Below, piece by piece: positions 9,479-17,685 of a stretch of DNA of 64,000 nucleotides; the stretch's first letter is position 1, and each line of letters starts with the position of its first letter. The position numbers were made by a program, and so were the translations under genes. The notes beneath the pieces were generated by a model. The model ran no database searches. It saw only the letters and a program-made list of their open reading frames with translations, and had not been told where the DNA came from. The DNA lies in assembly GCA_020633975.1 (NCBI GenBank), contig JACKCR010000010.1, forward strand, positions 65,839-129,838. Reading direction: 5' to 3'. Source of the DNA: Candidatus Eiseniibacteriota bacterium. Its GTDB lineage: Bacteria > Eisenbacteria > RBG-16-71-46 > CAIMUX01.

Positions 9479-10723
9479 TTGTCCCAGCCTTCCGTCGGTC
9501 GTGGTTCGGTCCTCACTCTCCTTCTACTCAGCTCGATGACCGTCATGGCGGGAGCGACGATCTCGCCGACCCTTCCCTCGATCGGCAAGGTGTTCGCGGA
9601 CACCCCGAGAAGCGACCTGTTGGTCCGGCTCGTCCTGACCCTGCCGGCACTCTTCACGGCGATCGGCGCGCCGATCGCGGGTGGGATCATCGATCGGTTC
9701 GGTCGACGCCCTCTCCTCTTCGGCGTGATCGTTCTCTACGCACTGGCCGGAGGATCCGGACTCTTTGCCCGTGACCTCTCAGAACTGCTCATCGGAAGAG
9801 CAGGGCTCGGGCTCGCCGTAGGAGGCATCCTCACTACGGCGACCACGCTGATCGCGGACTACTTCGGCGGCGACGAGCGGTCGAAGGTTCTGGCATGGCA
9901 GTCGGCATTCATGGGGATCGGTGGGGTCGGCTTCGTGACGTTGGGAGGGTTCCTCACCGACGTGAGCTGGAGGGCACCGTTCAGCGTCTACCTCCTGGCT
10001 CTCGTCTACCTTCCCCTCGTCGCCCTCTTCCTGCCCGAACCCCGCCGCTCGGGCACGGGAGAGCAAGTCGACGACGGTCGGGAGTCGGCCCCCGGCCCCG
10101 ACGGCTCCAGTGAGGCGCTCACTTCGAGCGGAGCGACCGCGAGTTCGGCGATGGTTCCGCGCCGTGTTCTCGGCTTGGTGTACGCGCTCGGATTCCTCGG
10201 CATGATCGTCTTCTTCGCCTTGCCCGTTCAGCTGCCGTTCCACCTCCAGGCCATCGACGACGTGCCCGCGACGAAGGTGGGGCTTGCGCTCGCTACGATG
10301 ACCGCGGTTGCGGCGTGCACCTCTCTCGCCTACCCGAAGCTGCGTGCGCGGCTGTCGTTTCCAGCGATCTTCGGCGTGCAGTTCCTGCTCCAGGGCGCCG
10401 GATACCTGCTCCTCGGCTCCGCGCCGAGCTACACCGGCGCGTTTCCCGGACTGGTCATCGCAGGGGCCGGCGCCGGACTGCTGGTCCCGAACGTCCAGCT
10501 CTGGACGAGTCGGCTCGCGCCCGCCGAGCTTCGCGGACGAGTTCTCGGTGGACTCGGACTCTGCTTGTTTCTCGGGCAGTTCCTGTCCCCCATGGTGACG
10601 CAGCCGCTCGCCACCAGCCGCGGGTACGGGGGGATGTATGGTTCGCTCGCGTCCTTCCTCCTCGCCTTTTCTGCGCTGTTCATCTTGGGGTCGATCGTTC
10701 GGAAGAATCGGCGGCCGAGGTGA
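9479..10723 (+). CDS. MFS-family transporter. TTG start at 9479 preceded by an AAAGGAG SD. The longer ORF 8789.. is a spurious N-terminal extension.
   Basis: 12-TM profile with the MFS signature region G..IDRFGRRPLL and two 6-helix halves. Only from about 9479 onward is the sequence hydrophobic-periodic. Confidence 0.75.
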   Translation: MSQPSVGRGSVLTLLLLSSMTVMAGATISPTLPSIGKVFADTPRSDLLVRLVLTLPALFTAIGAPIAGGIIDRFGRRPLLFGVIVLYALAGGSGLFARDLSELLIGRAGLGLAVGGILTTATTLIADYFGGDERSKVLAWQSAFMGIGGVGFVTLGGFLTDVSWRAPFSVYLLALVYLPLVALFLPEPRRSGTGEQVDDGRESAPGPDGSSEALTSSGATASSAMVPRRVLGLVYALGFLGMIVFFALPVQLPFHLQAIDDVPATKVGLALATMTAVAACTSLAYPKLRARLSFPAIFGVQFLLQGAGYLLLGSAPSYTGAFPGLVIAGAGAGLLVPNVQLWTSRLAPAELRGRVLGGLGLCLFLGQFLSPMVTQPLATSRGYGGMYGSLASFLLAFSALFILGSIVRKNRRPR

Positions 10724-11118
10724 GCTGCGCTCGGCCGGCGCGAGCCGATGCGGCCTAGCCGAGCCCGGCCCGACCTCGCTGGGCCCAGCGGGCCCGAGTA
10801 GTGCGTCTCTACCCACCCTACCCAAACTCCACGATGGACTAGCCAAGGCCCCGCAGCGGCCTCCGCGAGACACGCTCGACGCTCTCCGTGGCACGAGTGG
10901 TTGCGATTTGGGCCCGGGCCGGCGGCCACGGGCCTTTCTGGCTCCGAGTTCACCCGTGCCACCTCCAGAGCGCGTCCATTCCCGTGCACACTGCACGTTC
11001 GACCGTGCGATCCGACCGGTTCCCAACGGCCACGATCGACCCATTGGCGTGGATGTCCGCGGAGGGGAACGACCGGAAGAAAATCGGCCAGTGGCACCTT
11101 CATTGCTGCAACAAGAGT

Positions 11119-14100
11119 ATGCGGTGGACCGTCCGAATCCTGGTGGCCTGGGGCCTAGTCATCTGTATGGGGATCGCGAGCCACTCGGCAAACGCCGAGA
11201 GCTACCCCAAGACTGCGCAGATCTGTACTCAGGTCGGCACCTACAGCGACGCGCAGCGAGACAGCCTCTCGTGGTACGACCTCGTGGCGTTCACGGAAGG
11301 TCCCAACGTCGTCGACGACCTCAGAGGCCGGAATCCCGAGATCGACCTACTGTTCGCGTGGATGCCCCAGCTCATCTATGACCACGAAGAGGACGAGACG
11401 TTCTGGTACCCCGACACCAGCTGGAGTCTCGTCCGCCTCGCCGAGTTCTATGCCCTCCAGAACGACTGGTACCTCTACAACACCGATGGGAGCCGTCCTC
11501 GGCTCTACAACTCCTGGATCAGCAACTGGACGCCGGACTGCCCTCCGGGCACGTATGGCGATTCGAACGGGCTGACCTACGCAGAGTGGCTGGTCCAGAA
11601 GGCCATTCCCCGAATCATCCACGGAGAGGCCCGCTGGGAAGAATGGGGACCGAACAGCTCCGCCTACCAAGGCTTCTTCTTCGAGGTCATGGGCGACTGT
11701 ATGAACGTCTTCCCCGACGCGGACCCAGACCGTGACGGGATTCCGGAGGGCATCTACTCGTCCTGTTGCTCAGGAGGTTCGGAAGACCCCCTCGCAGTCA
11801 TGATGCGCGAAGTGAACGTTGCGTTCGGGAACGGTCTCCGCGAGACGCTGGGGCCCGACATCGCCATCATCATCAACGGCGTCAACAACTGCGTCCGTCC
11901 CGACTGGAACTGGATCAACGGCATCAAGCTCGAATCCTGGAACCAGTCCCCCAATCCTTCGTGGCTGGACTGGTGGAGCTTCTTCTACTCGCTGACCAAC
12001 TACTCGGGAGACGTCAGCTGGGAGACCGGCTACACGTGGGCCGAGGAAAACCTCGGGCGTTCCGGCAACGACAGCGCTGAAGGCTGGGACATGACCATGC
12101 TCCAGGTGATCATGAAGGACACCTGGACCGAGAGCTTCACCCAGAAGCGGCGAGCCTACGGGATGGGCACGGCCATGCTCGGTGACGGCTACTACACCCA
12201 GACCGTGGACCAGCAGCGGATCCACTACACCTCCGAGTTGGACTGGGACTTCGGGGATGCGGTGGAAGACTACTTCGTCGAGATCTACGAAGGAGTCACT
12301 CCATACGACTCCCTGTATGTCCGCCGATTCGAAAAGGGGATGGTCGAGGTCAACCCGAACGAGACCATGATCGCCGGCGTCTCGTCGGAAACGTCCCGGT
12401 TCACGTGGTGGGAGCCGGTCACAGACCTCACGGCCGAGGCAGCTGAAGGAAGCGCCATTCGCCTTCAGTGGACTGCGCCCGAAGACCTGTCGATCGAGGG
12501 TCAGGAGATCCGATACGCATCGTTCCCCATCGACGAGGACTCCTGGGACTCCGCTACGACGTGGCCAGAATTCGTCGAGTCCGAACCGGGGCACGTCCAC
12601 TCGTATCTCCTGACCGGACTTCCTGGGCCTGCCACGTACTACGTCGCGATGAAGAACCGCGTCCACGGGAAGCTCGAGTACACGGTCTCGAACCTCGGGG
12701 TGGCCACGAACGGCGCGCCGGAGCCGGACGAAGACGCGCCGTCCCCGGTCGAAGACCTCTCCGTCCTCGAGGTCGGTGACCAGACCGCTCGAATCCGCTG
12801 GTCCGCACCCGGTGACGACGGAAGCGAAGGAGCGTGTTCTCTCTACGAGGTTCGAACGCGCCGTGGCACCGCGATCCTCACAGAGGCGGACTGGGACGAA
12901 GCCAGACCGGTCTCCGACCCTCTCCCCGCTCCCGACGGCTACGGAAGTGAACAGACCCTCGAAATCACGGGCTTGATCAGCGGTACCCTCCAGGCCATCG
13001 CACTTCGCGGCGTCGACGACGCCGGCAACCTGGGCCCGCTTTCGAATCCGTTCACCGTTCTCACCAGCGGCAACCCTCCCCACCAGCTCGATCAGTTCCC
13101 TCCCGCTACGATCGACGATCTCAGCATCGTGTGGGTCGACAGTACCGAAGTGATGCTCGAGTGGACGGCAGTCGGCGACGACGGCAACGAGGAACGGGCA
13201 GAGGCCTACGAGGTTCGGGTACTCGAGGGCGGAGAGATCACGAACAAGGTCGATTGGGACTTGGCGCAACTCGCGCCTGTGCCGGCGCCGGAACCCGCGC
13301 TCCCAGGCCAACTCGAACAGTTCACCTTCCCAGGCCTCACCCCGTCGACGTTCTACGGGTTCGCGGTTCGTGCCATCGACGACGTCGGAAACGTCGGTGG
13401 CATCTCGAACTCTCCGACCGCGACGACGGAGTCTTCGGAAGAGGATCCGCCTCCACCACCGCCCGATGATCCGGTACCGCCGGTGGAGATCGACGACCTC
13501 ACCATCTCGGCCGTCGACTCGACGCGGATCCAGCTCCGTTGGACAGCTCCCGAGGACGGCGAAGACGGCGCAGTCCTCGCCTACGAGATCGCTGTGCTCG
13601 CAGGCGACTCGCTCGAAATCCCGGCCGGCTGGGACGACGCCGAAATCGTCTCCGGACCGGCCACGCCGGCGAGCCCGGGAACGATCGAGTCCTTCTGGAT
13701 CGAAGCGCTCACGCCGGAAACTCTCTACGGGTTCTCGATCCGTTCGGTCGACGCCGACACGCTCTGGTCACCACCGTCCGCTCCCGTCCACGCGACCACG
13801 CTCGCTGGGCCGGACGAGCCCGACCCGGATCCGGACCCCGATCCACCCGCGGCGATCGACGATCTCGCAGCCGCGAGCGTCGACTCCGTCCGCTGCAAGC
13901 TGAGTTGGACCGCACCTGCCGACGGGCTCGGTGAAACTGTCGCGTCGTACGAACTCGGCTTCCTGATCGACAAGCCGCTCGCCCAAGAGGCCGACTGGGA
14001 ACTCGCCACTCACTACGCGGGCCCGTTCCCCCTGACCCCGGGCAGCAGCCAGTCCCATTGGGTTTCCGACCTCGAGCCCGGGCACGCCTACGGAGTCGCC

Positions 14101-16407
14101 GTCGTGTCGTACGACTCCGAGGGACGTCGGTCTCCGCTCTCGAACCCGCTCTCGATCGAGACGCTCGAACTCACCGATCCCGGCGACGGCGGTGGGAACG
14201 GCGGAGGAGGCGGCGGTGGAGGTGGCGGCGGCGGCGAGCAGGACACGATCCCGCCCGCAACCGTGGGCGACCTGAGTCTTCTCGAAGCGTCCCTCACCGA
14301 TGCGCGCCTCGGTTGGACTGCAGTCGGTGACGACGACATGATCGGTCGCGCTGCCGGATACGTCTTGTACCTGCAGTCAGCGGCAGCACTCGACAGCGTG
14401 GCCTGGACCGGCACACGCGAGCCGGGCGACAGCGAGTCGCGTACCTTCTCTGACCTCACTGAGGCGACCGCGTACGTCGCAACTCTCGTCGTGCTCGATG
14501 AAGTCGGCAACCGGAGCGAGCCCAGCAACCCGCTCGAGTTCTCGACAGACGCCCCGCCTCCACCGGACGACACGACTCCTCCGTCACAAGTGACACTCGA
14601 CCTTCTCGTCGCACTCGGAACGGACGCAATCCAAGTCGATTGGACATCTGTCGGAGACGACGGCACCGACGGTACTGCAAGCGCGTACCGCGTCTCGTGG
14701 CGGGATGGGGCACCGATCGAGAACGAGGACCAGTGGGCCGCCGCGCCGTACGTGGACCTCACGACCGACCTTCCCCCATCTGGGCAGTCGATGTCGGCAA
14801 CGATCGACGGCCTCGAAGCCGGTCGTCTCTACGGATTCAGCGTCCGTGCACGTGACGACGCCGGCCTCTGGTCGCAGCTCAGCCAACCGGCAGCCGTCGA
14901 GACCAACGACGACGAGATAGACCTACCCCCCAAGCGGATCACGGACCTCGACATCGACAGCCGAACGCCGACGACGCTGACCCTCTCTTGGACCGCTCCT
15001 GCCGACTCGGCACCCATCGCAGCCGTGGCTGCGTACGAGATTGGTTGGCTCGCCGGACAGGCGATTGAAACGGAGAAGGACTGGGAAGCAGCGACCCACG
15101 TTCCCGGCCCGCAACCCGCCGCCCCCGGCCTCGCGGAGACGTTCGAGATCACCGGCCTCCAGGCGGAAACCTCCTACGGAATCGCCGTACGCGCCATCGA
15201 CTCGACCGAGAACCTCGGGCCGATCTCCAACCCGATCGTCGGAACGACCGAGGCGTTGGACGGCGGCGACGACCCTGGCGACGGCGGCGACGACCCAGGC
15301 GACGGTGGCGACGACCCAGGCGACGGCGGTGATGACCCCGGCGACGGCGGCGATGACCCCGGCGACGGCGGCGACGACCCAGGCGACGGCGGCGACGACC
15401 CAGGCGACGGCGGTGATGACCCCGGCGACGGCGGCGACGACCCCGGCGACGGTGGCGACGACCCAGGCGACGGCGGCGACGACCCAGGCGACGGTGGCGC
15501 TCTCGTTCCGCCGGCTCCGATCGACGACCTACGTGTCGGCTCGATGGGTCCGGACTGGATCGACCTGCACTGGACGGCCACGGGTGAAGACGAAACGACC
15601 GGATCGTGTGTCCGCTACGAAATGCGGACCTTGGTCGGCCGTCCGATCGCCACGGGCACGGACTGGACGCAAGCGTCGGTGCTGGACATCACGCTTCCAG
15701 CACCAGGACCTGCGGGCTTTGCTGAGACGATCCGCATCGAGAATCTAGACCGTCTCGTCGGTCACGGATTTGCGATCCGCGCGCTCGACTCCGAAGGCAT
15801 CTGGTCACCGTTCCGCGCCGGCGCGTATCTCGCCTCGATGGACCTCGCTCCGCCGAGTCCGCCGGAAAGCCCGTCCGCAAGCTGGAACGGTTCCGAGCTC
15901 AGCTTGGAATGGCGGGCGTCGACGGATCCTCGAGTTGCGGGCTACCACGTGTACCGGCAAGGAGCGGATCAGGGTTGGCAACGACTGACGACCGATCCGC
16001 TGACCGAGACCTCGTTCGTGATCGAGGGAGTGTCCCCTGACCTCCTCCGTCGCGTCGCGGTGACCGCAGTTCTGATCGAGGGCACGGAGAGTTCTCTCGC
16101 ATCGACCGGTACGCTCTTCGAGGCCGAGTGGAAGGTGGAGGGACCGTTCCCGCATCCGATCCACGAGTCGGCTCGATTCGTCCTCACGATGCCGGCCGTA
16201 GTCGACGGCACACTGCGGATCGAACTCCTGGATCTCCTCGGCCGAAAGGTCCGCGTGCTCCAAGACGCGCCGGTGATCGGAGGGACGCGCGAGTGGACAT
16301 GGGATCGACGCGACGAGCAGGGTCAGCGCGTTGCTCCGGGCTTCTACCTGCTCCGGATCGTTGGGCCAGGCATCGACGAGCTGCAGAGAGTCTATGTCGC
16401 TCCGTAG
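11119..16407 (+). CDS. Giant secreted cell-surface protein (about 1,760 aa). It has a signal peptide, an N-terminal ~450-aa glycoside-hydrolase-like (TIM-barrel-like) domain, about 10 FN3-like repeats, Gly-rich and acidic low-complexity linkers, and a C-terminal FlgD-Ig/T9SS-type sorting domain.
   Basis: The ATG at 11119 gives MRWTVRILVAWGLVICMGIASHSANA. The repeats resemble FN3, for example DLSVLEVGDQTARIRWSAPGDDG...YEVR...LEITGL...YGFAVRAIDDVGN. The C-terminus GTLRIELLDLLGRKVRVL...WTWDRRDEQGQRVAPGFYLLRIV matches the FlgD_ig/Por_Secre_tail pattern. Confidence 0.8.
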   Translation: MRWTVRILVAWGLVICMGIASHSANAESYPKTAQICTQVGTYSDAQRDSLSWYDLVAFTEGPNVVDDLRGRNPEIDLLFAWMPQLIYDHEEDETFWYPDTSWSLVRLAEFYALQNDWYLYNTDGSRPRLYNSWISNWTPDCPPGTYGDSNGLTYAEWLVQKAIPRIIHGEARWEEWGPNSSAYQGFFFEVMGDCMNVFPDADPDRDGIPEGIYSSCCSGGSEDPLAVMMREVNVAFGNGLRETLGPDIAIIINGVNNCVRPDWNWINGIKLESWNQSPNPSWLDWWSFFYSLTNYSGDVSWETGYTWAEENLGRSGNDSAEGWDMTMLQVIMKDTWTESFTQKRRAYGMGTAMLGDGYYTQTVDQQRIHYTSELDWDFGDAVEDYFVEIYEGVTPYDSLYVRRFEKGMVEVNPNETMIAGVSSETSRFTWWEPVTDLTAEAAEGSAIRLQWTAPEDLSIEGQEIRYASFPIDEDSWDSATTWPEFVESEPGHVHSYLLTGLPGPATYYVAMKNRVHGKLEYTVSNLGVATNGAPEPDEDAPSPVEDLSVLEVGDQTARIRWSAPGDDGSEGACSLYEVRTRRGTAILTEADWDEARPVSDPLPAPDGYGSEQTLEITGLISGTLQAIALRGVDDAGNLGPLSNPFTVLTSGNPPHQLDQFPPATIDDLSIVWVDSTEVMLEWTAVGDDGNEERAEAYEVRVLEGGEITNKVDWDLAQLAPVPAPEPALPGQLEQFTFPGLTPSTFYGFAVRAIDDVGNVGGISNSPTATTESSEEDPPPPPPDDPVPPVEIDDLTISAVDSTRIQLRWTAPEDGEDGAVLAYEIAVLAGDSLEIPAGWDDAEIVSGPATPASPGTIESFWIEALTPETLYGFSIRSVDADTLWSPPSAPVHATTLAGPDEPDPDPDPDPPAAIDDLAAASVDSVRCKLSWTAPADGLGETVASYELGFLIDKPLAQEADWELATHYAGPFPLTPGSSQSHWVSDLEPGHAYGVAVVSYDSEGRRSPLSNPLSIETLELTDPGDGGGNGGGGGGGGGGGGEQDTIPPATVGDLSLLEASLTDARLGWTAVGDDDMIGRAAGYVLYLQSAAALDSVAWTGTREPGDSESRTFSDLTEATAYVATLVVLDEVGNRSEPSNPLEFSTDAPPPPDDTTPPSQVTLDLLVALGTDAIQVDWTSVGDDGTDGTASAYRVSWRDGAPIENEDQWAAAPYVDLTTDLPPSGQSMSATIDGLEAGRLYGFSVRARDDAGLWSQLSQPAAVETNDDEIDLPPKRITDLDIDSRTPTTLTLSWTAPADSAPIAAVAAYEIGWLAGQAIETEKDWEAATHVPGPQPAAPGLAETFEITGLQAETSYGIAVRAIDSTENLGPISNPIVGTTEALDGGDDPGDGGDDPGDGGDDPGDGGDDPGDGGDDPGDGGDDPGDGGDDPGDGGDDPGDGGDDPGDGGDDPGDGGDDPGDGGALVPPAPIDDLRVGSMGPDWIDLHWTATGEDETTGSCVRYEMRTLVGRPIATGTDWTQASVLDITLPAPGPAGFAETIRIENLDRLVGHGFAIRALDSEGIWSPFRAGAYLASMDLAPPSPPESPSASWNGSELSLEWRASTDPRVAGYHVYRQGADQGWQRLTTDPLTETSFVIEGVSPDLLRRVAVTAVLIEGTESSLASTGTLFEAEWKVEGPFPHPIHESARFVLTMPAVVDGTLRIELLDLLGRKVRVLQDAPVIGGTREWTWDRRDEQGQRVAPGFYLLRIVGPGIDELQRVYVAP
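15259..15498 (+). repeat. About 11 perfect tandem copies of a 21-nt unit (gacggcggcgacgacccaggc) encoding (DGGDDPG)n inside the surface-protein gene. A poly-Gly run lies at about 14185-14245.
   Basis: Direct reading of the sequence. The protein shows GGDDPGD x12. Confidence 0.9.
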
Positions 16408-16417
16408 GTAGCGCGGT

Positions 16418-16440
16418 CCGGGCGTTCCGGACCGTGCCGC
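16418..16440. terminator. GC-rich hairpin (CGGTCCGG-gcgtt-CCGGACCG) between convergent genes. Putative terminator without a U-tract.
   Basis: An inverted repeat is seen directly after the stop at 16407. Confidence 0.3.
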
Positions 16441-16493
16441 GGTCGACCTTCCATTCACGATGGTTCTCTCGGCTCTCAGAGCGTCGAGCACGG

Positions 16494-17576
16494 CTAGACC
16501 CGTTCGAGCCAACCTTCCCGGGCTCGACGTTCGAGCACCTCGATCCGCTGGCGAAGCGGTACGTTCGGTGCTCCCTTCTCCGCCACCTCGATGTCATGAA
16601 TCCCGATGACCGCGCCCTTCACGACCGCCCTCCTGCGCAGCTCGACTCGGGCCTCGCTCGTAGCATCCGGGCGCGCGCAGTAGGAGTCCATTGCCGCATC
16701 GAGGAAGCGGTCCCCGAGTAGCCAACCGAGGAGACAGAAGTCGGCAGCGGGATCGCCCCACGACGAGTCCGCCCAGTCGATCAGCCCGATGACGTTCCAG
16801 GTCTCCGGATCCGCGAAGACATGCTCAGGAAAGAGGTCTCCATGGATGAAGACGGGAGCCACCTCTTCGCTCCTTCGTTCGCGAACCCGCTCGACCATGC
16901 GTTGCACTTGCACCACGACGTCACTCGCGACGTGCCGCCGCAGCGCATCGATCGCGCTGTCGACGCTGGTGATCAGGCTGGAAGGATCGAACGTGACCAA
17001 CGCTGGCCGCTCCCCGATCCCGCCCGGGGATACCCCGTGGACCTCGCGAAGCACGTCACCATACGAACGTCCCAGCCGACTCGGGTCGACTTGATCGAGC
17101 CGGTGGAGGAGAGGAACACCCGGAACGAACGAGATCGCCATCCAGTCGTAGGGCAAGGCAGGATCAGACGACATCGAGCCGGATTGCGACTCCCGAGCCG
17201 CGACTCGCGTCGAGTTCCCAGCGCGCCAGTCGCCCTCACTCCAGCTCGTCCATCCCACACTCGGAACGAAACTCAGCTTCGCTTCGGCGAACGCCTTGAG
17301 CACGAGCGCTTCCCTGTGAAGCCACGGCTGCACGTTCGACCTCTTGGGTACCTTGCAGAGCCACCGGGTCCCGTTTCGATCCGGAACGACGAAGACGTCG
17401 CAGTCCCATCCTTCGTCGAACCAGCGCACGTCGGGCGTCTCTGGGAAGTCCGGTGCATCTTCATGCGAGGACTCCGCGAGCTTCTCGAGTGAAGTGGTGA
17501 GGCGTGCGGCGAGCTCGGCGCGGCCCAATCCGTGATCTGGATCCCATGGCTCTGGCATGGGCGGATCGTGGGCCAT
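16494..17576 (-). CDS. Phosphotransferase-family protein (aminoglycoside/choline-kinase-like APH fold).
   Basis: Motifs IHGDLFPEHVF (catalytic loop) and DWADSSWGDPAADF are typical of PF01636 kinases. Confidence 0.7.
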   Translation of the reverse strand: MAHDPPMPEPWDPDHGLGRAELAARLTTSLEKLAESSHEDAPDFPETPDVRWFDEGWDCDVFVVPDRNGTRWLCKVPKRSNVQPWLHREALVLKAFAEAKLSFVPSVGWTSWSEGDWRAGNSTRVAARESQSGSMSSDPALPYDWMAISFVPGVPLLHRLDQVDPSRLGRSYGDVLREVHGVSPGGIGERPALVTFDPSSLITSVDSAIDALRRHVASDVVVQVQRMVERVRERRSEEVAPVFIHGDLFPEHVFADPETWNVIGLIDWADSSWGDPAADFCLLGWLLGDRFLDAAMDSYCARPDATSEARVELRRRAVVKGAVIGIHDIEVAEKGAPNVPLRQRIEVLERRAREGWLERV

Positions 17577-17596
17577 AGGTAGTGGATCCGGAAGTG

Positions 17597-17646
17597 GAAT
17601 CGAGTGAGTCGAGTGAACCGAGTGAATCGGGTAGATCGAATCGAGG
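17597..17646. repeat. Short tandem array of CGAGTGA / GAGTGAA-like heptamers (4-5 copies) in the 110-nt intergenic region upstream of the kinase-like gene.
   Basis: atcgagtgagtcgagtgaaccgagtgaatcgggtagatcgaatcgagg. Confidence 0.6.
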
Positions 17647-17685
17647 CGCTCGTCGAACTCGAGAGTTCAGCGCGATGGATGGAGG

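Noticed and set aside
10724-11118. A 395-nt intergenic region upstream of the surface-protein gene, scanned for small genes or RNA structure.
   Set aside because: Only scattered GGGCCC palindromes. There is no convincing promoter, riboswitch-like conservation or ORF with an RBS.
9779-13311. Long minus-strand ORFs 9779..11044 and 11770..13311 (421 aa and 513 aa).
   Set aside because: They are antisense to the MFS and surface-protein genes, their translations are low-complexity RG-rich, and they have no motifs.
15259-15498. A regular 21-nt repeat array considered as a possible CRISPR array.
   Set aside because: There are no spacers: the units are contiguous and identical. It is in-frame inside a coding sequence and encodes (DGGDDPG)n.
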